From: Nemertoderma westbladi | Lineage: Eukaryota; Animalia; Xenacoelomorpha | Assembly (NCBI GenBank): GCA_032718475.1 | Contig: JAUCBJ010008100.1 | Coordinates: forward strand, 48,612-112,611 | DNA length: 64,000 nucleotides | Direction: 5' to 3' | The notes under the pieces: generated by a model | The model's input: the letters and a program-made list of their open reading frames with translations, nothing else | The model's database searches: none | What the model was told of the DNA's origin: nothing | Position numbers and translations under genes: made by a program | Shown here: in pieces, positions 1-12,495 of the stretch | Numbering within the stretch: the stretch's first letter is position 1 | How the letters are laid out: every line of letters begins with the position of its first letter

Positions 1-1105
1 TTAGCCTGCTCTACGGCCAACATTTCCGCATCTAACGAGTCTAACACAAATTTGGCTCCCTCACTAGTAGGATGAAGTCCAGCTAGCCGTCTCCTTAGCT
101 CTTTGTCGCCTATAAATCGTTGATAGTCCGACAGATAGATGTCAATGGCGTCCTTCTTCTGAGGTTTCTCTGATGTAACCTCGCTTTCCACCTGAGAAAA
201 GTTAGCGTCTGTTGATTCTCCGTGGGTCGAGCGCTCAGTTAGCTGAATTTTCCATTGGGTCGTTCCTTGAACTTTAAGACTCACCCGTTGGAACCAAGTC
301 TTTACGGCAACTTGCAACGACGTGTCTTGGCTTCTCTTCGAGGCTTCCTCAAAGGCCGATAGTATTAGTCTGATTCTTAGGATACGTTCTCGAACTTGAT
401 AAAGCAGCTCTCCCTGCTCTTGAGTTCCTTGGGATTGTTGAAACAGTTGTTCCTCTAATCGTTCCAAAGAGCTGAAGAATCCCTGTAATATCCTGCTGCC
501 GACCTCTTCCACACAGCTGGATCTCTTGTGTCCTTTGTCACTCCCATCCTGTACAAGTCCTCCCAGGCAGCTTCTGATAAGTTAAACGGGAGTCCGGGTC
601 CGGGGAAGTTCCATTGCGTCTCGACAATAGACTTCAGTTCCTCCCTTGTGTATCCCGCATAACTGTCCTTGGTCGATCACTTACTTCTCGCCCAATCGAT
701 TTGATGTTCTTCCACCGCAATCAATACCCTAGTGAGTACGGCTTCAGGAAGAATGAGAAGTGGATCCGAATAAACTGCTTCTGCCATCTTTGCTCCGTGC
801 TCGGGTGTCAACTCTACAGTATCTGAACTACTGGAGCTATCGGGCCGCTGAGAAATAAGTTCTCGGTTCGGGGGTTGCTGCTGTTTAACAGCTGCCTCTT
901 GGTCCCTCTTGACTTGAGCCCGAGTGCCTATGATAGACCTACGGTGCTTGATTAGCCTAGGGTCTGATACTACTACTGGAGGGATGACCTTTCTTACAGT
1001 AGGAGGGGACTTGAACTTCGGTCTCAAATGTTCCGCACTCCTATCTGAATCGCAGACTGTTGTTTCTAGAAGACTATCTGACAGAGTTTGCTTTGTGTCA
1101 GCCAT
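1..1105 (-). pseudogene. Disrupted gag N-terminus of BEL copy A
   Basis: ORF 677-1105 (MADTKQTLSDSLLE...HQIDWARSK) matches the start of the 32075 ORF. Premature TGA at 677; homology continues to position 1 with a frameshift near 490. Confidence 0.9.
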
Positions 1106-1594
1106 GTTTGATTGTACAGTTGAATGCCTACTACTATAACTACAGTTAAAGCAAGTCTAGTAATTCAGTATCAACTATAAGCCTCGTAATTAATTACCGA
1201 TACTGTTACTCAGTGTAACGTGATATATATAGAATATATTAGAATACCGGTATACACCTATAGTATATATATAAGTATTATTACAGACTAGGGTTTGTCA
1301 CAGAATACCGGTATATAATTTCAGCATAAATTTATAGAAATAAATACAATAAGCCTATCGCAAATACCGGTATACAGCATACACTTATAGTATGTATATA
1401 AGTACGATTATAGACTAGGATTAATTACAAAATACCGGTATATATTTTTATCTTAAATTTATAGAAATAAATATAATAAGCCTATTATAAATACCGGTAA
1501 TGTCAATTATTTTAGAATAACTGAATTTCTGAATTTTAGGGTTACTTTTCTTTACTTTATTACTGTTATTAAGCAGTAGTCCAACCGATATTAA

Positions 1595-3168
1595 CCCTAT
1601 TAGTACCGGGCTATAAAATGTTGTACAAATACCGGGGGGGGGGGGGGGGGGGGTCATATTGACCCCCCCCTCTAAATATCTACAAATATCTACAAATATT
1701 TACGAAAACGTCTGATTTTTTGTTTGTACGTAGGTATCACTTGTCTGGATCCGACCGAAAAAAAAAATTTTCGAAAAAATGTACTGGGGTGGTTATATTG
1801 CAGCACCAAAATTACAAGTAGTGCACAATTTTCACAAAATTTGAAAGTTACATTTTCGGCTAATTATTTTTCAATACAGGTTTTCTGGGGTGCAAAATAC
1901 ATTGGAAAATATTTAAAAATGATATGATTGCTCTAAATGGCTGTTTAGTCCTCTCTGCGTAGGAAAAAAATGAAAAAAACAAGTAACCAGCACTTTTCAG
2001 TTAGAACACAACATTTTTAATTCACTTATACGATGCTATAAATTCACGTTTTCAGGTTTTCGAGGGCGCTGATTCTAATGGAATACATTTCTAATATGCC
2101 AGATCATTGCTACTTGTATTTTTCGGCGTAATTTGGCAAATTTTGGTGGTAAGCACAAAATTTCGTACCCATCACCAAAAAGTACAAGTTATGCGATGTC
2201 CAGTGCTGTTTTTATTGATTCCATCGGATTCAGGACCCTCATAAACCCGTATAACGCAAGAAACAAGTTGATACTATCTACTGATCAATTTGCATATTTT
2301 CCAAAATTTGGTGCTGGCACAACAATTTTCACCCACCGGCGAAAAATACAAGTTTGAGAACTCTTATGAAATTTTTACTGATCCCATTGAATTCAGAACC
2401 ATCACAAACCCTTATAACGCAAGAAACAAGGTGACACAATCAATTGATATATTTGATGGTTTTCAAAATTTGGTGCTAGCACCACATTTTGCACCCACAT
2501 CCGAAAAATACAAGTTTGAGATGTCTAGTTCGATAATTATATATTCCATTGAATTCAGAACAGCCATAAACCTCTAAAACGCAAGAAATAAATTGTCACA
2601 AGCAATTTTATCTATTGAATGGATTTTCAAAATTTCATGCTAGTACCAAAATTTGCACACAGCACCGAAAAATACAAGTTTGATACGCTTGGTGCAACTC
2701 GTATATATTTCATCGAATCCAGAACCCCAAAAAACCCCAATTGCGTAAAAAACAAGTTTCAAACAATCAATTTACAAAATTGACATATTTCAAAATTTGG
2801 TGCTGGCACCAAAATTTGGCACCCACCGAAAAAAACAAGTTTGAAATTTCTAAATCAATTTATATGAATTCCATCTAATTTCTAACACCAAAAAACCGGT
2901 GTAAATCAAAAATAGAGATGTTACAATTCATATTTAATGAAATGTAATTTTCAAAAAACGTCTCAAAAAAAGTGCCAAAAGTAGGGTTAAAAAATGGTGC
3001 TATAACTCGAAAAGTACCCAATATTTTTGAAAACGGTTTTCACTACTAGGAAGACAATAGATTTTTAGGAAAAGTCATAAAATTTCAGATTCCCAACTGC
3101 GTTTGTTTCAGAATTATAATAAAAAAACCACGGGGGGGTCATATTGACCCCCCCCGGGTTTAATAGGG
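1595..3168. mobile_element. Non-autonomous piggyBac-like DNA transposon (TTAA TSD)
   Basis: TTAA at 1591-1594 and 3169-3172. Termini CCCTATTAGTACCGGG / CCCGGGTTTAATAGGG, with subterminal GGGGGTCATATTGACCCCC at both ends. The empty site (aattaggtc-tcaa-tatcagttggac) is visible in sister copies near 31590 and 42065. Confidence 0.88.
2130..2900. repeat. About 5 diverged ~162-bp tandem units inside the piggyBac-like element
   Basis: Motif AAATTTGGTGCTRGCAC...AAAAATACAAGTTTG recurs near 2140, 2305, 2467, 2630 and 2793. Confidence 0.75.
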
Positions 3169-4603
3169 TTAAGACCTAATTGATGGATAACAGGCCTACT
3201 ATTTTATAAATCGGTTTGAGTTGATTTATAATATATATATACCCGTATAATCGGTTTTTGTCAGTGTTTGAAATAAATGTTATTATTTCTGGGTAAGGAG
3301 TCACTACACAGAAGCTGGATGCTCTCAGTGGAGTGCTACTTGTTGGACACTAAAACAAATAATTCTACTTTACTAAGTTACTTATTACTACAAATTACGT
3401 ACAATTACTATATGAGATTACAATCTCTAAATAAACACCAAAATAATTACACATACAAATTTTAGGGTAATTTTACAGGAATATCTATAAACCAGACTAA
3501 CAAGGAGTTAGAATTTCTGGTTATTACAAGCGGACAGGATACTATGGTATTTGAAAATAATAAAGCAGTAGAAAATAAATTGCGTTGTCTAGATAAGAAA
3601 ATACCACCGTCTGACGACTTATAGTCTTTAGCTCTACAGCTCTATAAGTACTACGTTATGTACCCGGAGTGTCCTTACCTAGAAGTTAATTACCGCAGCC
3701 AACCAGAGCTAACGTGCCTATTAACCACTTTACAACACAAATATACTGCCTACACACTAATTACTTTCGGAAAGCACTGTACACTAAACCCTAAATTAGG
3801 TACAAGTACTTATATAACAAATAACCAGCAGTTAAACATACTTGTACAGCTAAAAGAACCACGGTATCTGCTGGAGTGACTAGAGCATAAAATCACCAGT
3901 CTTTACCTACGCCAAGCAGCCCTGATGTAGTACCGGGGTTAATTTAACTATAACGTTATGTATAACAAGCACAATTACTGTAGGAATAAACTTGGGGAGT
4001 TTTGTAGGTTGCGAATAATCGCATAAACTCTGAATAATAAATATTACGCTACCCGTGCAGACTGCACAAACAAAATACAGACCAAATGCTGGCAGACTAC
4101 TGGCAAGCCTAAATAAACTACAGTATATGCAGACTCCGAAATGGTTAGTTAGTATGCGTTCTAACCGAGTAGTACGACTTATTCTTTCGGGGGGGATTTA
4201 CCTTACAGCACTGGATGCCCCCACATTCCTAACTAGTACTTTATCGGACATACACTCTACACACACTGCAATCTCTTCAGACCTGACAACAGCCAGACAA
4301 CAATCCAGCCTACAAATTATTTGTACAATTTGAGCGGGCTTACACGCCTTCTGCTCAATATTACACTTACAGATAAATATAACTGACAGAAATAAATAAG
4401 CTCCAAAAGAAACAAGGGGTGTACAGTCCCTAATCTCTTAAACAGCCTACCAATATACAATATCACAATCGAAATAATACTAGTACCTGTACTGCTGTAA
4501 GTACCGGTTCGGGTGATTAGGTAGTTAGGCCTACAGGTTACCGTCCGACCAGTACACTAGACTTTATTGCCTACGTCGCAATAAAGAAACTAAAATCTAT
4601 TAT

Positions 4604-6592
4604 TGTTCGCGCTTTTAGACCTTTAGCAGTTTAACCTGCCAATTTTAGGTGTCCTCTTGTTTATAAATCGACTTTAGCCTATAACAATTGTGGCTGGCCA
4701 CGAGAAAAGGGACCTTATGTCACTGGAGGTCGATTTTGAGTTATTAGGCCTATGAGATGCAGAATTTTCCAGAAATTCTAACAAAAAAAACGGTGTCTCA
4801 ATATCTATTTCCAAAAAAAAGTTATAGCGATTTATGTGAAGGTGAATCGGGTAGTTTTAATTTTATTAATAGCAGTTATAATAAGCGATTATTAAAAAAA
4901 ATGGAAAAGATTAATAATATCATAGCATTCTAACTATATAGTTAGGCAGCTCAATGTTATTCGGCGTTTTATACAACTTTTAACACTTTGAAACTATTAA
5001 TATTGTTCATGAACTATTTTAAAAAAATTTTTGCAAAATTTTCAAAAAAACATGTAACCAAAAAAATTTTTTTTTTAATTTAAAATTTTTCCAAAAAGAT
5101 AAATATTTTTAACAAAATTTAAAATTATTTGTATTTTGAATTCTTTATTGGGATTACAAAATTTAAAAACTAACGAAGATAAATTAAGAAAATGACAGCC
5201 ATATTGCATTTAAAAAATAACTGTAGGCCTACAGTACCTACATATTACAGTAGTACAATTACAATTTTATTACAGTCCTAAATTCAGACATGAAAACCCT
5301 AAGACAGTGTTATATACAACACTGCAACATCTTATATTGCTTCCTGTAATTAGTTATTTCCTAGGTATATTGAATATCAGAACCAATTTGAATTTCCCTC
5401 ATCGTTTTATACATTTTAAATTGATAATCCAATTAAATTTGTTCAAAAATAGAGGGAAACTTTAAACGCGATTATCTCAGAATCAGGTTTTGCGACATAA
5501 GGTCCCTTTTCTCGTGGCCAGCCACAATTATTTAATGCACATGAAGTAACATTAGCCGAAGCCAGTCTGTGCGCGATCATTCACCCACAGTTAAGGGAGA
5601 CTGGATTCGGATGCTTTGAAGGGATTGTGGTGCAGACCTACGGTATTATTCGATTGATCGTTACTATATAATCTCTGACAATATTATTCACTTTCGGGGA
5701 AATATTAACAGTTCCTTTAGGACGTGGCGCTTTAAGTATAAAACAGAGTTATGACTTATACTAAACACAATGAGATGGCTACTGATTTTCGTAAATGGCG
5801 CATTCTTTAGGAGATGCTTTATTATCTGTCACACTGCTGCATACGACTTTACACTGCTGCACACTGATCTGCCGACCGTCACTGAATTTGATCATATATA
5901 ATGAGGATAGCAACTGACACATGTAGGGATTATGAAATAGCATTTAATGCACACTAAAACCACTGTAATGTAAGTCGCAATTGCTACCGGTAACAGGTCC
6001 CTCTTACCTTCAGTAATCAAGAAGATTGGGGTTTTATGATTATTTATCGATATTCTCCAAATATAACAACATATCCAACAACATATAACAATTAATAACC
6101 GACAGTAAACAGAAGTAAAATAATGCGGTGAAATCAGTTCAGCAGTTTGAGTTGGGTTGTGACCGTTGCAATATGGACTGTTAATAGATTTACGTTCCTA
6201 TAATCAAAGCCGTCTAATGTTTGGCTAAAGTCTGAAACTTACAGAAATTTCCAAGCCGATGTTCTGAGGCTCAGGAAAAGGTAAACAAAGACCGTAATGC
6301 ATAGCGCGGTCTTCCGTAGGCTTCTGTCCAAGATAAAATGAAAATCGCTCTGATTGGCTGAGCGAGCTGAACAAAGAGGTTCCACATCGACAGGAAATCA
6401 GCTGACAGATTTCGTCATCTGAACTACCATCCTTTAGAGTATTTGGCGTATTGCGGCATAAAATGGCTTGTTATGTCCGCTAAAACACCTACAGGGTACA
6501 TTGCGGAGAAAATGGCTTGTTATGTCTGCTAAAACAACTAAACAGTTCATTGCGGAGAAAAATGACTGGTTATATCCGCAAAAGCTTTTACA
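4604..6592 (-). repeat. 5' LTR of BEL copy A (~1.15 kb plus an inserted MITE)
   Basis: TG...CA ends on the minus strand (TGTAAAAGC...AAAAGCGCGAACA); diverged homolog of LTR 28676-29814. Confidence 0.85.
4690..5525. mobile_element. Non-autonomous TIR element with AATT TSD (possibly Sola1-like)
   Basis: Perfect ~32-bp TIR GTGGCTGGCCACGAGAAAAGGGACCTTATGTC, AATT on both sides, absent from the other LTR copies. The superfamily is inferred from the 4-bp AWWT TSD only. Confidence 0.85.
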
Positions 6593-7737
6593 ATGCCCAA
6601 GCCTGGCGCCAAGTTTCAACTGTAAAGAATCAATTACAGTCAATTTCAAGAGATTTCGTGACACTTGAGGACACTGCCAATCAATTTGTCTCACAGATAA
6701 ACTCGAAACTAGAAGATTTGAACTCTGATGTTATCGTTAGCAGTACTTTTCTAGAGAAACGTTGCCGAAAAAAAGAAAAAAATGCCTGGCGAAATGGCAA
6801 GCGATGAACCAAAAGATCCAAAGGATGAGTTCAAAGCAAGGGTCTACAATGTTGTTATAGATACGGCTATTAATCAAATTGTTAACCGCTTTTCCGAACA
6901 TGGAAAATTGTATCAGAGCTTAGAACTCTTAGATCCAAAGAACTTTGGAAAAATATCTTCAAATAATGAACTATTGAGAGTAGAACACTTAGAAGGATTT
7001 CTCACCATCCTTCCTGATCTTGATTTGAACAGATTTAGAAGTGAACTTTCCCAATTTGCCAATGAATGGTCCCTACTCAAACAACCTACGATTCCATACA
7101 AACCAATAACTGATGTCGATGAATGTGATGACGATATATGTGTGGAACATCCTGGGAAATGCCTTGGCGACTGCCTCGTCGGTTGTTTAAAGGTTATGGT
7201 CGAATATAATTTTTTCTCCTCGGCATATGAGACTCTCTGCATGCTTTACAGAACAGTTCTAACTCTACCCATGACCCAGGTAATTTGAGACAGATAAATA
7301 TATACATCATTTGTCTTAATATAATTCACCAATAATAATAATATAAATACATTATGTAAAATTTACAAATAGAATTATAGAAAAATAGAGTTTGTTATAA
7401 AATATTGAAACTGAAACTAATTACTGAAGCTAAGTTGAGTAGCCTACATAATTATTACCTGTATTCTTTTGTAGGTAATTTTATTAATTGTAATAACTAA
7501 ATTTTATTTTATCAGGTTTGCTGTGAACGAGGCTTCTCTCAGTTGAAACTTATTTTAACTCGTCTACGCAGTACGTTGACTCAGAACATTTGGAGGCATT
7601 TCTCCTGATGAAATTAAACAGGTGTTGGACTGAGGAAATTGAATCATCGGTTATAATTGAAAAACTTTGCGAAGGAAGATTAAAGCCTTGCTACAATTAT
7701 AACTAAATCGAAACTCCGCGTTAAAAAGTGTAAATAA
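6593..7737 (+). pseudogene. hAT transposase C-terminal part (dimerisation domain), with intron 7280-7515
   Basis: ORF pieces 6593-6807 and 6782-7288 (VYNVVIDTAINQIVNRF...LDPKNF...VLTLPMTQ). After a GT..AG intron it continues VCCERGFSQLKLILTRLRSTL, the hAT ERxFS motif. Frameshifts are present. Confidence 0.85.
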
Positions 7738-7739
7738 TA

Positions 7740-9150
7740 TTGTAACACGACGTTTACAAAGCTGCATATACTCTTGTAACACGTGGCTTTTTACTAAGCT
7801 GCAAATAATCTTTAACATGAGACGTTTACCTAGCTGAATATAATCTTGTAACACGTGTTGTTTATTAAGCTGCATATTATCTTGTAACACGTGTTTTTTA
7901 CTAAGCTGCATATAATCTTTAACACGAGACGTTTACCTAGCTGCATATAATCTTGTAACACGTAGTGTTTACTAAGGTGCATATAATCTTGTAACACGTA
8001 TTGTTTACTAAGGTGCATATAATCTTGTAACACGTATTGTTTACTAAGCTGCATATAATCTTGTAACACGTGGCTTTTTACTAAGCTGCATATAATCTTT
8101 AACACGAGACGTTTACCTAGCTGCATATAATCTTGCAACACGTATTGTTTACTAAGCTGCATATAATCTTGTAACACGTATTGTTTACTAAGCTGCATAT
8201 AATCTTGTAATACGTAGTGTTTACTAAGGTGCATATAATCTTGTACCACGTATTGTTTACTAAGCTGCATATAATCTTTAACACGTGACGTTTACCTAGC
8301 TGCATATAATATTGTAACACGTGTTGTTTACTAAGCTGCATATAATCTTGTAACACGTATTGTTTACTAAGGTGCATATAATCTTGTAACACGTATTGTT
8401 TACTAAGCTGCATATAAATTTTAACACGTGACGTTTACCTAGCTGCATATAATATTGTAACACGTGTTGTTTACTAAGCTGCATATAATCTTGTAACACG
8501 TGTTGTTTACTAAGCTGCATATAATCTTGTAACACGTGTTGTTTACTAAGGTGCATATTATCTTGTAACACTCTATTGTTTACTAAGCTGCATATAATCT
8601 TTAACACGTGACGTTTACCTAGCTGCATATAATATTGTAACACGTGTTGTTTACAAAGGTGCATATGATCTTGTAACACTCTATTGTTTACTAAGCTGCA
8701 TATAGTCTTTAACACGTGACGTTTACCTAGCTGCATATAATCTTGTAACACGTGTTGTTTATTAAGCTGCATATTATCTTGTAACACGTGTTTTTTACTA
8801 TGCTGCATATAATCTTTAACACGAGACGTTTACCTAGCTGCATATAATCTTGTAACACGTATTGTTTACTAAGGTGCATATAATATTGTACCACGTATTG
8901 TTTACTATGCTGCATATAATATTGTAACACGTATTGTTTACTAAGGTACATATAATCTCGTACCACGTATTGTTTACTAAGCTGCATATAATATTGTAAC
9001 ACGTATTGCTTACTAAGGTGCATATAATCTTGTAACACGTATTGTTTACTAAGCTGCATATAATCCTGTAACTCGTATTGTTTACTAAGCTGCATATAAT
9101 CTTGCAACACGTATTGTTTACTAAGCTGCATATAATAGCTGCATATAATC
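7740..9150. repeat. 36/35-bp minisatellite, about 39 units
   Basis: Unit AGCTGCATATAATCTTGTAACACGTATTGTTTACTA interspersed with 35-bp variant AGCTGCATATAATCTTTAACACGTGACGTTTACCT. Confidence 0.97.
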
Positions 9151-12100
9151 ATTATTCAAGAAATATTTTTTACATGATGATGGGGGGGGGGGGGGGGCGT
9201 GGGTGGTCAAAATTATAGGTGATCTGGCATTTATAAATGGGCCCTTATTTTGGGATTTCCCGGGCCCCTCACTTGTTCCCACCACGCCACTGCCACCCCC
9301 CCCCCCCCCCCCCCCCCCCTGAGAGACGGGGAGTCGGGTTTTGCGTATAATTTACCTGCTTTTTGTCATATCATATTATCAGTGAGGTTGAAGGGGTTCA
9401 GTACTAATCCGTCTGGTCTGGTATTATATAATAATGAAACCTCAGACGAATTAGTAAATAGAAAGTATAGTGCAGAAGGAGAAGATTTACATTTGGTTAG
9501 ATTAAAAGACTAGAGGAATACTGATAAAGGTGACAGTAATGTATCATTTTATTTACCTTAGTTATTATTCGGCATCTGGGCAAATATTTATTATGTTATG
9601 TAATATAAGGATTTATTTCATAGAGAGAACAGAAGTTCGAATAATATTTTTATATAATAATTGTAATATGAAGTTAGCTTAGTCTTGTCCTTTTTTGAGT
9701 GTAAAGAACAGTTTGTTAACGTAACTCCAAAATATAAACGACTTTCTTTCTTTCATAATATTTTGCATTATTGTGTCCATTTATATTATAAAAACATGCT
9801 CAGGGTAGGTGGTTAGTGAGAAAAATCGAAAATTATGTCGCAATAAAATTTGTAAGACAGTAGTATGACACTTTTAGAAAAGATTACATTGAATATGTAG
9901 GAATAGCGCTCGTAAGTGGTGGTGATGTGGGTGGAGTCACATCACACAGGAAGAATCTACGGTTACGAGAAACAGTTTTAATGGCCAAAGGGTGTCTGGA
10001 TAGTGTAGCGCCGATGGGGTCCAGGCTCGAAAATGGTCCCCATATAGTCCCAATTGTGGGAGCGTTGTCCTGGACCATAACAGGATGTGTTGCAAGAGGT
10101 GGGAGGTTGTGGACCACCTTATATTCGGTGATTCTAGAGTGGTGTAGGGGAGGCGTAGTGGTGTACCGTCTGCAGATGCCATATGGTGGTCAGTGTGGTG
10201 CTGGAATTTTGGAACTATGGTACGCTGGAATGTGAGTCCATAGTGGGTGGCCATTAGACGATTTACCCATAGCTCGAAATCTTTTTAGGACCTCCCAGAG
10301 GGCCGTGATGATCAAGGAGCCAATACAAGCATAAAAGGCTGGCCAGAAGAATTTCCAGGTTGCTATACCAGCAACTGGGCATTGGAGAGTGGCTGTGTCG
10401 CTGCCTGTTTCAATTTGACTGATTTTTTGTAGTTGTGAGTATTCCTCGAATTTCTCTCATTTGGCTTTTATTATTTGCTCATATTGTTTTCGGAGGTCCC
10501 AGTATTATTTTTGTTAGAAATAGATGACATTAGAGTTTGTTTGGTCTGTATCTCACTCTGTGGGACACAGTCGGTCTGTCACTCAGCATCATACAATTAT
10601 TTACCAAGGTGGGGTTGATGAGATTATCGACTGGGTTCCTTCGATTGCTGGAGTTGGTGATCAGTGCTCCATAAATATCGGATGGGATTTCATGGTTATA
10701 GACTGTGGTTTGTACACTACATTGTTTGAAGCAGAAATTTCCGAAAAAGAAAATTCCGTATCAATATTTAAACTTCCCGGAGATCCGGGATCATTGCTTA
10801 TTCCCCAGATCAATGGTCACTGTTATGTGGAAGCTTATGGATGTCGAATTATCTCGTGTAGCTATTGGCAACATTCCATCGCTACGCAGAAAATATTTGA
10901 TATCAGATGGATTCGCGGCTGGGTTACATCTTTTAATATGGATATGTGCTTTTCTAACTGGTACTAAAGCAATGCGGCACATATACTGTAGTACCACCTA
11001 CAGGACTCTTTAAACCTCTAAGTCGTAGGACAAAGAAGCGCACCTAACCGTCTGTATCAAATCTGGTCCCACCCCGTTTGGTCCCAGACGGTAACCTGGT
11101 GTTTTGCACTGTTTCCAATAGCGCGAAGCTGCACCAAGTTTATTACGACTTTTAACATTGTACATTTTTCAGACTTTGATTTCAACATATTTTTGATAGA
11201 CTTTTTGAGTATATTTTTCAGAGTGTTTTAGCATTACGAAACAATTAAAATACATTATTTTATGACGTACTATTTTTCGGTTACAATTTTTTGGATTGTA
11301 TTATTTTTCGAGGCTATACTTTGGATCCTAACGGACCTAAAGCACCCCTCACCCGGTTTCTCTTTTTCCCTCTTCCCAGAAGTTTTTCAATGTTGTTACG
11401 TATACCCTACCCTATTTTTATACCAAAAGGAAGGAATATAACATCTGGAGAGAACAGAAATGATTAGTACTATCTTGAAAGGGTTGTGGGTGGATGTCCG
11501 TAAATAACAAGTCATTTAAGAACCTTGTATTATTGCAAGGTATATTTCAAGTCAGTCTTGTCACCGAGAAACCAAAACAATAAGGAAAGTGTATTAGCAT
11601 TTGGGAACTTTTTTAGAGAAACAAAGCCGTTTTAGGAGCTTATCGTGCCAGAGGTACGATAAGCACGAGAAATCCATTACAAAGAATAGGTCTACATTAA
11701 TTGAAATCGCAAAGAATTGTTTTCGAATGACTTCATCTGTTTATATTTAGAAGGACGCGGTGACTCACTGAAAATACATAGTAAATGTATGGCGTAGGGA
11801 AATATATCGCCCTGGCGATTTGGTTGTGCGAAATTTTTTCCATACAAATAAATATAAACTAATTATTATACACCAAACAATGTATTGGTGAAGTCCAACA
11901 TAACATATAGGATTACCCCTAAAGCTTTGAAGCTTATTTCAACACAAAATCACTACAATAACAAAAACTAATATAAAACGTAATTATGCTATGTACAACT
12001 TCACCGAGAGCGTGACAATGCCAGACTCAACGATAAAGGTGTAACTAGTTATAAAACGTAATTAGGGTACATAGTAAATGTTTAATAACCGATTAACTTA

Positions 12101-12495
12101 CTGTAGAACTATTGTATTTAGTTTTACACTGCACACGGAAATGAGATTCAACTGTCGATTTAAAACAATGTTGATAATTTAGGTTTATCATTTCAACATT
12201 CAGTTTAATTTCTTTTGTACCAACACTACTTCATTCTATATTTTATCAAAGTATTAAACAGCAAAAAAGTACCAATCAATTTAAGAATAAAATTACGTAT
12301 TACATGCAAAAAACAAAGAAAATTATTTTTCAATATTTCTCGCTACTCTTTATCAAACTCAATGACGCTCGTAAATGAAATACATCGAAAATATATATAA
12401 AAAAGTACATCCCAAGTAATAAATAATTATTTTTACTTTATTATTAATGAAACTAAATTTATAGAATCAATCAAGTTTAATTTAAATAACTGCTG

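Larger units (their letters stand above)
1..6592 (-). mobile_element. BEL/Pao LTR retrotransposon copy A (5' part: LTR, leader, gag start; continues beyond window start)
   Basis: Reverse complement is colinear with the LTR, leader and gag of the BEL copies at 28676 and 39201. LTR starts TGTAAAAGCTTTTGCG at 6592 on the minus strand. Confidence 0.93.
6593..9292 (+). mobile_element. 3' part of a decayed hAT DNA transposon interrupted by BEL copy A
   Basis: Transposase remnant, GGGCCC subterminal motifs and a hAT-type terminus ...CACGCCACTG (CAGTGGCG on the minus strand) at 9292. Confidence 0.75.

Noticed and set aside
7651-9152. Repeat-protein ORFs (MQLSKQYVLQDY) and the ORFs at 16813-21274
   Set aside because: Translations of tandem repeats; frames are broken by the 35-bp and 64/56-bp units.
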